Below are positions 12,284 to 25,252 of a DNA stretch of 64,000 nucleotides, piece after piece (position 1 is the first letter of the stretch; every line of letters starts with the position of its first letter). Under the pieces are notes generated by a model, which searched no databases, was not told the DNA's origin, and saw nothing but the letters and a program-made list of their open reading frames with translations. A program made the position numbers and the translations under genes. Source of the stretch: Carcharhinus longimanus (taxonomy: Eukaryota); NCBI GenBank assembly GCA_030264375.1, contig JASCQW010000156.1:26816761-26880760 (forward strand). The letters run 5' to 3'.

Positions 12284-14289
12284 ATCATAGGAGACTATAG
12301 AACTGCTGGACTAGAAAGAAGAGCAATCAACCAGAATGCTTTGTCTTGACCATTACTCAGTAATACCATGCCTCCAACCACGCACAACTCTCAAACACAT
12401 ACGTGCAAAATGGAGTTGCACAAATGTCAGATCAGAGCAGGACCAAGTTCTGATGCTGCTCACGTGGTCAAATAGCCTGGCAATACTAATGGATTAGAAT
12501 TGAGCATGAAGAATGGGCGCTTGGTCAAGGTACTGGAGGGTGGCCTGGCACCCATGGGACTGAATTCCTGTACAATCAGTCACCTTGGGAGATGATAGTG
12601 GAGTAAGTGCAGGGGCAAAAATACTAAACAAGGGAAATAAAGTGGACAAATAGCTGTGGTGTTTGCTGAGTCTCAGGATGTATTTTAAAATTCCTTTCCT
12701 GTTGCACTCTTTCTTACGTCTCAGCAATGTCCAACTTCCCTTTTAGGTCTTGTTTAGATAATTGGGAATTGAGGACTTTGGGCCAATCCATGTATCCATC
12801 ATCGAGTGTCTGTTGGCATTGGATACAGATCCTCTTTTGTTTAGCTGCCGTTTTGATATCTCGTACAGCAGATGTCTCTTTTGTGATAAAAACACAAGTT
12901 GCGTGTGTCTCTCCATGTCAGCCTTCAGCACTGATATCCAATTGGAGTTGGTCTTCCCTTCCAGAACACTTAGCTTGTTCCAAACCACAGCCAGGGTTGC
13001 AAAGAAATTCAGTCTATCATCAGGAAACAGATTGTTAAAAATATAAATTAGATGACCTGGGAGGATGACCCAAGTATAATGAAGAGCTCACTGAAACTCT
13101 CTATTTTGCCAGAGAGTAACATGTCCAGGTCAAGGCAAAATACAAAATAAACACACATCATCTGGCTATTTTACAAAATTATTTCTTTCTCTGTTTTTCA
13201 AAATGTAAAATTGCTGAGCTGATATAATGAGTTATATAACGCGCCACTGCAAACATCAACATAGGCATTAAATCTCACAAGAGTCAAAAACGAGAATCTT
13301 GCTAGCGAGATCTCACTTTCATATTTTCCTTGCCCTCTCACCAGTGACATAACAAGGTTTCTGCCCAGTAAAATGGGGATAACTCATTAGAGGGCATTCC
13401 CACTGTAACCGTCCCAATTGCATATTTGAGCCATGCCAGCTTGGCAGTTTACAACTGTGCTTTATAAAAACGTGAAGCTGGTGACCTGACCTCAAAGGGG
13501 GAGTTCGGAGATGAGCACACAGGTTGCTGCTCCCCATCAAGTAGTCCATCAGAGAGAGGGCACAGGAGAGCCCAGGGAGCCAGATAAGAGGGTCGCAGGA
13601 ACAGAGGGTGTTGCTCGCACTGGGGGGTGTTGAGTGGAGGCCTGGGGTAGAGGGGGGAGAGAGGGGTTGAGTGGAGGCCTGAGAAGGAATCTGATCCTGG
13701 GAGGGGGGAGGAGGGGNNNNNNNNNNNNNNNNNNNNNNNNNNNNNNNNNNNNNNNNNNNNNNNNNNNNNNNNNNNNNNNNNNNNNNNNNNNNNNNNNNNN
13801 NNNNNNNNNNNNNNNNNNNNNNNNNNNNNNNNNNNNNNNNNNNNNNNNNNNNNNNNNNNNNNNNNNNNNNNNNNNNNNNNNNNNNNNNNNNNNNNNNNNN
13901 NNNNNNNNNNNNNNNNNNNNNNNNNNNNNNNNNNNNNNNNNNNNNNNNNNNNNNNNNNNNNNNNNNNNNNNNNNNNNNNNNNNNNNNNNNNNNNNNNNNN
14001 NNNNNNNNNNNNNNNNNNNNNNNNNNNNNNNNNNNNNNNNNNNNNNNNNNNNNNNNNNNNNNNNNNNNNNNNNNNNNNNNNNNNNNNNNNNNNNNNNNNN
14101 NNNNNNNNNNNNNNNNNNNNNNNNNNNNNNNNNNNNNNNNNNNNNNNNNNNNNNNNNNNNNNNNNNNNNNNNNTGCTCCTAGCTCTTATGTTATGACTTT
14201 GAGAAGTGGATATAAGTCTGGCCCCATAAGAAGACATTTTCAATGAGAGGGCAACAAAGCCACTAACAGATCTCACCCACCCTGAGGCT

Positions 14290-14450
14290 GGAATCCACAG
14301 CTGACGGCCTCTGCAATCTTGAGGGGTCCTCGCACTGGGAAGATTTGCTGCGTGGGAGATAGGTACTGCTTACTGACCACAGCTACGATTTCAAGCACCG
14401 TGTGGAGGAGCTCCCCCTCCACAAAACTGACCTGGCAACTGAGGGTACCT
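14290..14450 (-). mobile_element. Possible Harbinger Myb/SANT-like gene remnant
   Basis: Reverse translation SFVEGELLHTVLEIV...IFP...KIAEAVS resembles the MSANTD/Harbinger DNA-binding protein pattern F..xELxxLLExV...LFP...IAEAVS. Confidence 0.35.
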
Positions 14451-14809
14451 CAAGATGGGATCACCCTCTCTCTCTCTCCTTTACCCACAATGTCAAGCTG
14501 CATCTCCTTCTGTGATGAAGGGTCTCCTATGGGCTTTTCAATTTCAAGATGTCGCCCGCTGTTCTAATTGAATGGTGAGCTCATCCTCTGGCCACTACTT
14601 ATCTAATCAAGGAAACATCAGTATTGGCTGACTGCTCCTGACACAGTGTGGGGTTAGTACTCACATTTGACCCCAATCCAAAATACAAAATTTTGTCTCA
14701 TGTTTCTGGGTTCAGGTGAGATGAGGCTATCCTGTTCCATGAAAAATGGTCACTAGGATGGGGTAGTGGAGGGTAGGCCTCACATTATTTATCACATTAT
14801 AGATTTCAT

Positions 14810-15390
14810 CTTTGGTATGCCTCCACAAAGATGTCAAGTTTGGCTTGAGATTCTCTTCTGAGTGAGTGCAGATGGCGAAGTCATCCGCATACTCAAATTC
14901 CACAGGAGATGTCAATGTCATTTTCTTCTTGGATTTCAATCAGTTGACATTGAAAGGTTTTCTGTTCATTCTGTAAACGATGTCCACTCCACGGAGAAGG
15001 TTATTCTTGACAAGGTGAAGGATGGTGGTGATGAAGATGAAGAAAAGAATCATTGGGGCCAACAATTCTTCCCTGCTTGACTCCAGTCTAGACCTTATAA
15101 AGGTTTCTGTCTTATTTCTGTCGGTGAGGACTGTTGCCGCCATTTTGTCGAAAAGTCAAAAGCTTTGGCCAGGGCAATGAAGGCCATGGAGATTGGTCGA
15201 TGTTGCTTCTAGTATTTCTCTTGAAGTTGTCAAGCAGTGAAAATCGTGTCAACTGTTCCATGGTTTGGTCGGAAGCCACACTCATTTTCCAGAAGGATTA
15301 CTTCAGAGATGGGGAGAATGCATCTAGTGAGGATTCGGGTGACAATCTTCCTGGCACTGGAGAGTCGGGACAGTAGGGAGATATTCTCCA
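14810..15390 (-). mobile_element. RTE-clade LINE reverse transcriptase fragment (inverted segment)
   Basis: ISLLS..RKIVTRIL..ECGFRPNHGTVDTIFTA, LAPMILFFIF and EFEYADD motifs. Confidence 0.85.
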
Positions 15391-15404
15391 GGGCAAGATC
15401 CAGC

Positions 15405-16135
15405 ATCTCCCCCAATCATGATCAATAAAGAGACCCTCCCAAACGTGGAACATTTCCCTTATCTGGGGAGGTACTTCTCATCTAAGGCTGATATTGATTC
15501 AGAGATCCAACTTCACATCCAATCTGCGAAAGCCTAAGCACGAGAGCTTTTCATCACCATGACATTCGTGCTGACACCAAGTTCCTCGTGTACAAGGCAG
15601 TCTCCTCCCAACTCTTTTAAGTGTCTCAACGCCCTGGAGAGGTAGCATCAACACCTTCTGAGATGGATTATCTGCCTCAGCTGGGAGAACAGACATGCTA
15701 ACATCAATGTCCTTGAAGGAGCCACTATCATCGAGGCCATGATCATTCAAAACCAAATCTCCTGGACCAGCCAAGTACTTAGGGTGTCAGAGTCCTGGCT
15801 GCAAAAGCAAATCTTCTTCAGCCAGCTCAAGGAAGGCTCTTGAAAAAGAGGAGGACAAAGGAAGTGTTTCTAAGACATCCTGAAAGCTTACCTCAAGAAA
15901 TGCAACATAGATGTCAAAACCTGGGAGACCCTTGCTTGGAAGAGACCTACTTGGAGGAACGTCCCGATTGAAGGGACACAATTCTTCGAGGACATGCAAG
16001 AGGAGACCTGCAGAAGAAGCCTGAGAAAGGAATACCTGTGATCTAGAGGCCAAGGACCAAACCCGCTTCTTGGAGACACTGCCAAGTTGAAGATGCAGCT
16101 CAAGGATCAGGCTCGTCAGCCACAGAACCCGTGAC
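15405..16135 (+). mobile_element. RTE-clade LINE 3' part
   Basis: INKETLPNVEHFPYLG..KADIDSEIQ, TKFLVYKAV and KQIFFSQLKEG..RGGQRK..KDILKAYLKKCNID..WETLA motifs. Confidence 0.85.
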
Positions 16136-16398
16136 CGGTAACATGGAAGTCTTTCAGTGGAGAATCTTACTTGTTAGCAAGTGATCATCAAAGAAGAAGA
16201 TTTTATAGAGAGGGGAAAAAGAGGAAAACCAGGAGAGCAAGGAAATATTTTATGTATCAGAAGAAAGCAATTTTTGCAATTACTTTGTTTTGTGGGAAGT
16301 TTTAATTCTATTCACTTGCTACCCTGTCCCATGAGGAGCAAGTATAAACTATTAAAAGGCTGTTAGATTTAAGATTGATCTTCACCAGCAACAGCACA

Positions 16399-16896
16399 TA
16401 TATTAAAACTAAGGACATGATTCAATTCCCTGTCACAACCTTAGCCATCACCTACTAGATTAGGCAAAAAGTGTCAACTGTCATTTGGCTCATTTGGAGG
16501 AAAGGTTTCCATTCTTGCTTACTTGTAGTGGTCCCATTGCAGCTAGTATGTGACTACTGGGTGAGGATAGCATCAGAATTTCTGTGACACTCCCCAGATT
16601 AAAAGCTTACCAATAATCACTAATAGAAAATAGAAGCCAAGATAACAGAGACCAATCAGTGTCTGTAGAAATGTAACCCAGCAAGGAGTCATGGCCTCAT
16701 GAGAGGCAACAATGGGAAATAATTGGCAAAACAAAAGCCAACTGTAGTAATTCAGTCAAATGCCTAAATGTGTGCAAGAATGGAAACCTTTCCTACAAAT
16801 ATGCCATGACAATCGACACCTTTTGCCTAGTCCAAGCTAGCAGGTGATGGATAGAGTTATGGCAGGGAATTGAATCATGCCCTTAGTTTTGATATA
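16399..16896. repeat. ~500-bp element bounded by ~120-bp imperfect inverted repeats
   Basis: 16399-16518 (TATTAAAACTAAGGACATGATTCAATTCCCTG...GGAAAGGTTTCCATTCTTGC) is the reverse complement of 16774-16896. TA dinucleotides lie at both outer ends. Confidence 0.85.
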
Positions 16897-17486
16897 CCAA
16901 CACCCTTTATTGTGCACCAAAGGAAAAGGCCACTCCAGCAGCTTACAATCAGGTAATCTTCACCTCGGGACCTACAAGGGAAAAGTTACAGGCTTACAAA
17001 CCCCTACTGGCTGCTTCCAATTGGGTAAGCCTCTGCTTGCTCAATAAGGTAACTCATACTCCACAAAGCCCACAGATAGATCTATTTATAATTCCGCGTG
17101 GCATTCGTGGTCATAATATTCCTCCCTCCTTAGGTTCATGTCTTTCCAAGCATCTTCACTGTGAGGAGGTCCTTTCTATCATTTGGTGTATGGGTGGAGA
17201 TCCGTTGAAGGTGGTGGAAACAGAACAGAGGGCCTTCTGTTTCAGCGGGAGCATCAGAGGGTGATTGAAGCAGGTTCCTCCTCAGGTTCTGCTTCAACCT
17301 GGAGGCCCATTTCTTCAGCCTCCATTTCCAAGTCAGTACCTTCGATATCCTGAGGGGCCAATGCAGAGTCAGCTTCAAGCTGTGGGCTGGCACTGGCAGC
17401 AGCTGAGCTCATGGCTGGTGGCAGGTACAGTTCAGACAAGGACTCCTGCGGGGCCAATGCAGAGTCCTCATTCAGGATTCTCTCAA

Positions 17487-18156
17487 GGTTAACTTGCAGT
17501 GAGTTGGTAGTTAGGAAGACAAATGCAACGTCAGCATTCATTTTGAGAGGACTAGAATACAAAATCAGGGATGTACTGCTGATGCTTTATGAGGCTCTGG
17601 TCAGCCCACATTTGGAGTATTGTGAGCAATTTTGGACCTTGTATCTAAGGGAAGATGCACTGGCCTTGGAGAGGGTCCAGAAAAGGTTCATGAGAATGAT
17701 CCCAGAAATGAAAGCTTGATGTATAAGGAGCATTTGAAGAGTCTGGGTCTGTACTCGATAAGAGTATTGAAGAATGAGGGGGAGATCTCATTGAAACTTA
17801 CAGAATGCTGAAAGGCCTGGATAGAGTGGATGTGGGGAAGATGTTTCCATTAGTAGGAGAGAGTAGGATCCAAGGGCACAGCCTCAGTGTAAAGGGATGA
17901 CCCTTTAGAACCGAGATGAAGAGGAATTTCTTCAGCCAGACGGTTGTGAATCTGTGGAATCCATTGCCACAGAAGGCTGTGGAGGCCAGGTTATTGAGTG
18001 TATTTAAGACAGAGATAGATAGGTTCTTGATTGTTAAGGGGATCAAAGGTTATGGGGAAAAAGCGAGGGTATGGGATTGAGAAACTTATCAGCCATGATT
18101 GAAAGGTGAGCAGATTCGATGGGCTGAATGGCCTAATTCTACTCCTATATGTTATG
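17487..18156 (+). mobile_element. CR1-clade LINE 3' fragment
   Basis: FILRGLEYK..LYEALVSPHLEYCEQFW..LERVQKRFMRMIP, and tail GGGCTGAATGGCCTAATTCTACTCCTATATGTTATG. Confidence 0.92.
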
Positions 18157-21100
18157 GTAATCTCACGAAAGAATAACTCATCTGCCTGCAACCTGCACAA
18201 TCATCCTGCTTCCCCCCTGCCTCCCCCCCACCCACCATATCATTCTGACCACTTTGGGCAACTTCAGTCTGATTTTGTGCCATCAGATAAAATAGGTTAA
18301 CTTGACTTGAGATCAGCTGTTACTTGGTTAGTAGCTTCTTCTAGCTTGTTTACAAATGCGTTCCCACACACAGTCAACTATAGGCACAGCATGAGTACAA
18401 ACTAACAGAAGAAAACAGTAGACAGGATAATGACACATATTATGAAGTACAAGGATTACACTGGATCTAATCCAGTTGCACCATGAGTTAGAGAATCAAT
18501 ATGATCCATATTAATACCATGAGTTACAGAATCAATATGCAGCTAGTGAAAGGGCAACTTAACATTTTGCATAGTTACATTCCAAATCCCTGTGCATTCC
18601 CAATTTTAATCAGTTGCAAAGGATCCAAGCAAAAATTATTTTTCACATTGTCTACCCTGTAATGCAGAGCAAAACTGCAGGAACTTGGCACCAACATGGA
18701 AATTTCAATCAGAGGCCCCTGTTATGGCTGTTATGGAAATGGGAGTCTCATAACATTGAAATAATGAATGCTCTTATGCAGTTGTAGTAAAGGCACATTG
18801 TAGGAACAGTGCAGAGAGAGCTTTATACTATATCTAAATGATGTTACACTTGACTAGGGAGTGCTTGTTCCTGGCACTGGGTGTGAGAAGTGGAAAAGTG
18901 GTCCATTCTTTAAAATGATGAATACAATTAACACCACCCCCATCCCCCCACCCATCTCAAACCCAACCTAGCCCTTTGCCACCAAAGGACGGACGTTAAG
19001 CAATGATATTGGAAATGATATTGGCAATACGATACCTTAAAGCTTGCATTTTCGTTTTACAGCCTCTAAGCTGTGAAGCGGTGTGAAGCTAGCCGTTCGG
19101 CCTTCCGCTGCAATGAAATATTGAAAGCATTATTCAGGGCTATGTGCATGAGTCAGGACAACAGACACCTGAGTAAGCGCTTTAATTTCCATTTGCACTG
19201 ACAGGCCTGTAGACTGTCCACATCAATGCTTATGACCATTACCTTCTCTGATCTGTCTTGGACCAAACTTGAAATTTTAGAAGCTTTTAGATTCATTCCA
19301 CTGCCTAATATTGCAAAGTTTTTAGAATTTCAGATATTCTTTCAACATTGATGTGGCTTTATTTAGTTTTACTTATTTAAAAACAAGGCTCGAACAAATC
19401 CCTGTGTAACAAAAACATCTATTTCTTTCAGGCTGGTATCATATTTCAGCTGCTTGTAAACTTGTGTACAGTATCAGAGGCCCTGGGTCACATACAATGA
19501 ATCTGAGCCAAATCCAGATTGCTGGTACTTTTCAGACCTCTAGAGATTCCAATTGGTTCCAGAGTTACCATACACAAGGACTGTCCTTGGGATTCCAGGA
19601 ACTGAAGATTCAACTGCTGGACACAAATATGAAGAAATGTCAAATGTCACTGTTTTTCACTTTCTTTGAATACTTTTTTTTATCAGTTATACAAATATTG
19701 GGAGACTGGAAAAGGCTGCTTGACTACGTGAAGCTGTTGGAGGTGGGTGGTCACATCATGAAACCTCCAGGAACAAATCTAAGCAGTTGGCAACTATACT
19801 GAGGCCTGATAATGAGAACACCATTTATCAAGTTAACATCACACATTCAGTTTCTTTTGCCAGCCTCAACTTTGAGGAAGTATCATAAATTCCTCCTATC
19901 AATGGGGGTCTTTGTTTTGGCAGACTGAGCATTGCAGCATGTTTAAGGAATTTGTCTATATATATCCCACAATGGGAATTGCGCTGACCATTGTGGGCCT
20001 CCAAGATTTTTTCTTTTAATCAACTCGTGTATGTCCTGGATAGGTGTCTCCTTGCTCATTTTCTACTTTTCTCTCTTGAAGATGCTGACGATTTACTCAG
20101 GTATACCTCCATATATGTTAGCCATCAGCCAGCCATCAGACCCAAGCAACGTGTTTTATATGTTCAGGACAAACAGCCAGCTAGCCAGGAGGCAGAAAGA
20201 CTACCTGAGATCTGTACGTTCAGCATTATAATCATGTCACTGCAGTATCTACTGACAGATGCCTTATGTAGGGTGCAATTCCATACATGGGAGTGACCTG
20301 TCTAAAATAATTACAACTTTGTGTTCCCTTTGCCATTTTCAATTCTCCTAGTCAGTGTCTTGCGGCAGAATGTGTCTGCAGTGATACTGAAAGCATCATC
20401 CGGCAACATGTTGGGGTTAACAGAAATGGCAGTCTCATCATGCAGCTGCCCCACAGAGGAAGTAAATTCCCACTGGATTGGAGACATCAGAATTATACAA
20501 ATGATCTTACCAACTGTTTACACCACACTCCCGCTGCAGTGAAGTCAGAGAATTTGGCGCTCAATGTACTGCAGCTGGATGGAAGAATCCCGCCGGTGTG
20601 AAGTGGTAACATTTTGGCCACAAACTCTATTTTGTTACATAACTTCTGTGTCGAATTTGGACGTTGGCTGCCATGCCGGGTCACTGTCATTTTTCTCAAG
20701 TTTCATTGGTCCACCAACTGATTGACAAGACACTCANNNNNNNNNNNNNNGGTTTGATACATTCCAATGATCAATTAAAACATGTCACAGATTCCAACCA
20801 ATTTAAATGCACATGACTATTATCATGGATGCCACTGTGCTAAATCCAGCCTCTATTTGTTTCTAGTGCTTTGGTTCCTGGACTTCAACTATGCTCCATT
20901 TTCCATCTCAGGTTCCTGTACTGAACTCTTCCATGGCCTATTTCTATGTACTGTGATGTATCTGAGAAAATCATTGATTAGCTGGATCTGTTTTCTATCT
21001 TCTGCTGGGGTCACTGATGCCATACTGTGCCACACTGTGGCATCAGTTGTACTTTCTCACTTGGTGATAATGCTCCAAAATTCTACTTGTGGTGTAATGG

Positions 21101-22245
21101 GTTAATAGTACAGATGAGCCAATGAGTGATGTAGACTATGATGTATCTGTGATATCAGCAGTCATGGCCTAGAGAGACAGCACTGAGGGAAGATGTGCCC
21201 ACTCGGTAACCCACCTTGTTTGGACTGTACATACTGTACCTAAGCTTGTTTTGAGCAACTCCCTGAACCAGGTTGCAGTGTCTCTCCATAAGATGCACGA
21301 CCTAGCATGTCCATTGAACGCTACAGAATTTCCCAGTCCTCCTGCTGCAGCTTTAATGGTAGGCAAGAAGGACCAATGCAGCAGGAGCTGAAAAATCGAT
21401 TTCCCATCAATGTGAAATAACAGTAGGGACACTGTTATAACATGAAATAACAGTGCACACCTACCTGTCATGGCAGGTCACCATTCCTGCCAGAGACTGG
21501 GTGAAATTGTCTTGCATCCTGTTAAGGGGACACAGATTAAGGCCCAACTGGGGGATGTAGTATTGAGACAGGGAGGAGAGGAATATATAGGTGTAGTGGG
21601 TGTAGAGGCCTTGAGTGGGGCAGGGAAAGTTGGGGGTCATTGGGGAAGAGAGAGATGCTGCAGGGATCATGGAATGGATGAGGTGGTGGGGAGTGGAAGG
21701 TGGAAAGGGCCTTTGCTGGAGTACACGTGTGAATGACAATGGGAGCTGTGCAGGTGTGAATGAGCGTGGCTTGGTGTGCAGATGTGAATAGGCATGGGGG
21801 AGTGTGCAGGTGTAAATGGACATGGGCATAGGGTAGTTCAGGTGTGAAAGGATATGTGTGGTGTGTAGGTGTGAATGAGTATGAGGGGAACAAAGGGAAA
21901 GGGATTTAGAGGGAAGGTCTCAACTGATGAATTCTGGAGGGCGTGCAGAGGAAATTGGTGATAGGAAGGGATAGTAAGGGTTAAAGGGGACAGTGGGAGC
22001 CAGTGGTGGGAGGGTGTGGATTCAATGACAATGAGTGAAGGGGCAGTGAGGTTATGGAGAAGACTTGGACGGAGGAATGGATTCTTGGGTCGGCAGAATG
22101 AGATGGGAACAGATCTACTGTCACAAGGATAGGTCCTCGGTAAGGTAGTGGATGTTGATATTCACCTGCAAGGTACAGAGGGTGATGAGAGTGTAAGGGA
22201 ATGCATACTCCTGAATTTAGGATTTTATTTCAGACAAACCTAAAT

Positions 22246-22287
22246 GTGTTAAACACATTTATGCTCGATCATAAATGTGTTTAACAC
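22246..22287. repeat. Perfect 18-bp stem hairpin with 6-nt loop
   Basis: GTGTTAAACACATTTATG-CTCGAT-CATAAATGTGTTTAACAC. Confidence 0.9.
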
Positions 22288-22699
22288 TCCTAATATCCTA
22301 ATAGAAGAACTTTATACTAGTATAATGACATTGCACAACACTCAAAACCGTAATTTATTAATAAAAGCCTCTACTGAAAAGCCACAGGCAAAACGCTATG
22401 TTTCTGCCCAAACCTCAACTCAAACCTCTTCAGGACTTAGTTGCTACCCTTAAACTATCCCTAAACCTCAGCCCCAATATCCCTCGTATCTGGCTGATAC
22501 TCACAATTCCCCACACAGTTAGTTGTTCCAGTTTGAGCAATAGGTCTGGAATCAAGTTGACTGTTGCTGATTCTCCTTGGTAACTGTAGTGCCAGGCCTA
22601 CCTGTCTTGGCCTCTTTATTGCAAACTTTATCGAAAATATCAAAGTATCTTTGCTGAGGGCATTCTGTTTGGATGGTCATTGCTTAGGCAGGACACCAG

Positions 22700-22937
22700 G
22701 AATAATGATCCTGCTCTTCAAAATAGTGCCATTGTATCTTAACAGGCAGATAGGGCCTCAGTTTAGCGTTACATCCCAACGACAGCACAAGCAAAGTGAA
22801 GCACTCAGTCCTGGCTCTCCCCTGCTGCTGCACTGGAGTGAGAGCCTAAATTTTATATTCAAGTCTGGAGTGGGACTTGAACCCAGAACTTTGTGACTCA
22901 GAGGCTAGAACGCTACCAATATTGACACAGCTGACAC
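22700..22937 (-). mobile_element. Deu-domain SINE 5' part
   Basis: Reverse has GGTTCAAGTCCCACTCCAGAC B-box and GGATGTAACGCTAAACTGAGGCCC core. Confidence 0.7.
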
Positions 22938-22947
22938 GAGAAGAGAT

Positions 22948-23989
22948 AGAAGAATTCCTGGCATTATTTATTACGTGGATGCCCTCACAAGAACAGGATA
23001 TGGCGCTTGATTCATCGATCGACAGTTCCAACGTGCCACACCGATCTCCACAGAAGACAAAAACGGGACATGGTGGACAGAGTACTCTTCGTCGTCCAGT
23101 ACTTCACCGGAGCGGAGAAACTGCGACATATTCTCCAGAGCCTTCAACATGTCATTGATGACAACGAACATCTCGCCAAGGCCATCCCCACTCCTCCACT
23201 TCTTGCCTTCAAATAACTGCACAACCTCAAACAGACCACTGTCCGCAGCAAATTACCCAGCCTTCAGAACAGTTACCATGACACCACATAGCCCTGCCAC
23301 AGCAACCTCTACAAGACGTGCCGGATCATCAACACGAATGCCATACTTCACGTGAGAACACCATCCACCTGGTACAAGGTACATACTCTTGCAACTCGGC
23401 CAATGTTGTCTATCTGATACGCTGCAGGAAAGGATGTCCCGAGGCATGGTACATTGGGAAGACCATGCAGGCGCTACAACAATGGTTGAATGAACAATCA
23501 CCAGGCAAGTTGGGGAACGCTTTAGTGGTCATGGGCATTCAGCCTCTGATTTTCGGGTAAGCGTTCTCCAAGGTGGCCTTCACGACACACGACAACGCAG
23601 AGTCGCTGAGCAGAGTCTGATAGCCAAGTTCCGCACACACGAGGACAGCCTCAAGCGGGATCTTGGGTTCATGTCACACAATCTGTAACCTCCACGACTT
23701 GCCTGGACTTGCAAAATCTCATTAACTGTCCTGTCTGGAGACAATACACATTTCTTTAACCTGTGCTTAACACTTTCTCCACTCATATCATCTGACCTTT
23801 AAGACTTGATAACCAGTAACGACTCGCATTCCAACCATTATTTTGTAAGTTGAGTTTCTGTCTTATATGCTCTGTTTGTGAACAGAACCCCCACTTACCT
23901 GACAAAGGGGCAGCTCTCCAAAAACTAGTGGCTTCTGCTACCAAATAAACCTGTTGGACTTTAACCTGGTGTTGTGAGACGTCTTACTA
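22948..23989 (+). mobile_element. Penelope-like retroelement 3' fragment (GIY-YIG endonuclease plus pseudo-LTR)
   Basis: CHSNLYKTC cysteine motif, SCNSANVVYLIRCRKGCPEAWYIGKT (VVY-YIG) and AEQSLIAKFRTHEDSLKRDLGF C-terminus. pLTR with a decayed hammerhead (CTGACAA..CAAAAACTAG, ~23899-23930) and AATAAACCTGTTGGACTTTAACC. Confidence 0.9.
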
Positions 23990-25252
23990 CATTATTTATT
24001 ACATCAGGACTCCAACATAGGAATCTGACAAGTTTGGGGAGATAGGGTGTACAAGGGGAAGAAAAGAAAGGGATACAAGGGTGCCTCAGGTATTCTTCTA
24101 CTGCATAAGTAACAAGTAAAAGCATAAAGCTTCTTTAACAGCAATAATGAGGAATATTGTTGCACCCCATTGAGTGTTGTGCTCAGAGAACAATATGTAA
24201 CCATTCAGCTGACACAACATTCTTACAACCTACTCAGTGACTACACAGATTCCTTACTTGAGTCCTTTCCAAGACCTTAGAAACTGGTGCAATAAATCGA
24301 CATGTCACTTCATTGCTACAGCACACTGCTGATGTCACATTCAGCCTTGCCCAACAATACAATTTCCTTCGTATTTGCATTGACTTTTGTGTCACTCAGT
24401 AACTTCTGTAATGAATGCAGTTTGGGACCTTACACTATTTTCACTTGTAGGGTTGGTCAACATTGCTGGTAGCTCTTATAATGAGCATATAACTGATGCA
24501 ATAAAGAAAACACACTAACACTTGAGACCTTTGTCCATAACTGTACTACCAATGCAGTTCACAAGATATTAACTACATATGTAATGTGCGCATTATCACC
24601 AAGGGCAACAGCATGATTGACTCCAGTTTGGCATCAGTGGTCCAAGCAAAAGATAGAAAATAGACACTGCTGTCCCAATGCCCTAGGTAAATAACTAACA
24701 AATTATAGAATTAAGCCATTGAAGATTCCAATTTCAATCCCCGGTCAATGCCAAGATAGCTATCCTCAGCCAAGTTGGAGGTAGGAGTGGTCCAACTGAT
24801 CTACTCCCATTCTGATAGCATTGAACCATGCTGGGGTATGACTTCACAGGCAATGTCTCATCCAAGTAGACACCTACTATTAAGCCTAGGCAATAAGTGA
24901 TGACAGGTTATTTAGACATGGAATCATCATACTCAACCGCCATCCCATCCATACTTTTGGATAGTAATCAAGAGTGGGAAGTCTGCCTAATTCATTTCCT
25001 GTCTAAACCCGGAGGTCAAGTTTAAAACTCCTATTGCCACTCTTTTTGAGATAATCTACTTCAGAAAAGCGACTGATTGAAGCTGAAATCTTCATGATTT
25101 GTATGGTTCAGTTCCTCTGTATAACCAGTCACTAAAGAAGGAATGCCTGGAGTTTATTTATATCAACTTTCCAAACACTTATGACATGCAGTAGAAGTCA
25201 CTAAACATTACAAAGCTCACACGCTTTCACAGTATATCAAATCTTCTGTCAC

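Noticed and set aside
10173-14276. Long ORFs containing X runs (also near 6500, 44800 and 51227-51916)
   Set aside because: They are open only because they run through N gaps.
18481-18539. 23-bp direct repeat with 13-bp spacer (CRISPR-like look); also short tandems at 1881-1901 and 43421-43452
   Set aside because: Only two units in eukaryotic DNA, consistent with ordinary slippage duplications.
21466-21519. Minus-strand 54-nt exon-like segment with good AG/GT sites
   Set aside because: It lies in decayed repeat-like, GT-rich sequence, and the peptide matches nothing I recognise.
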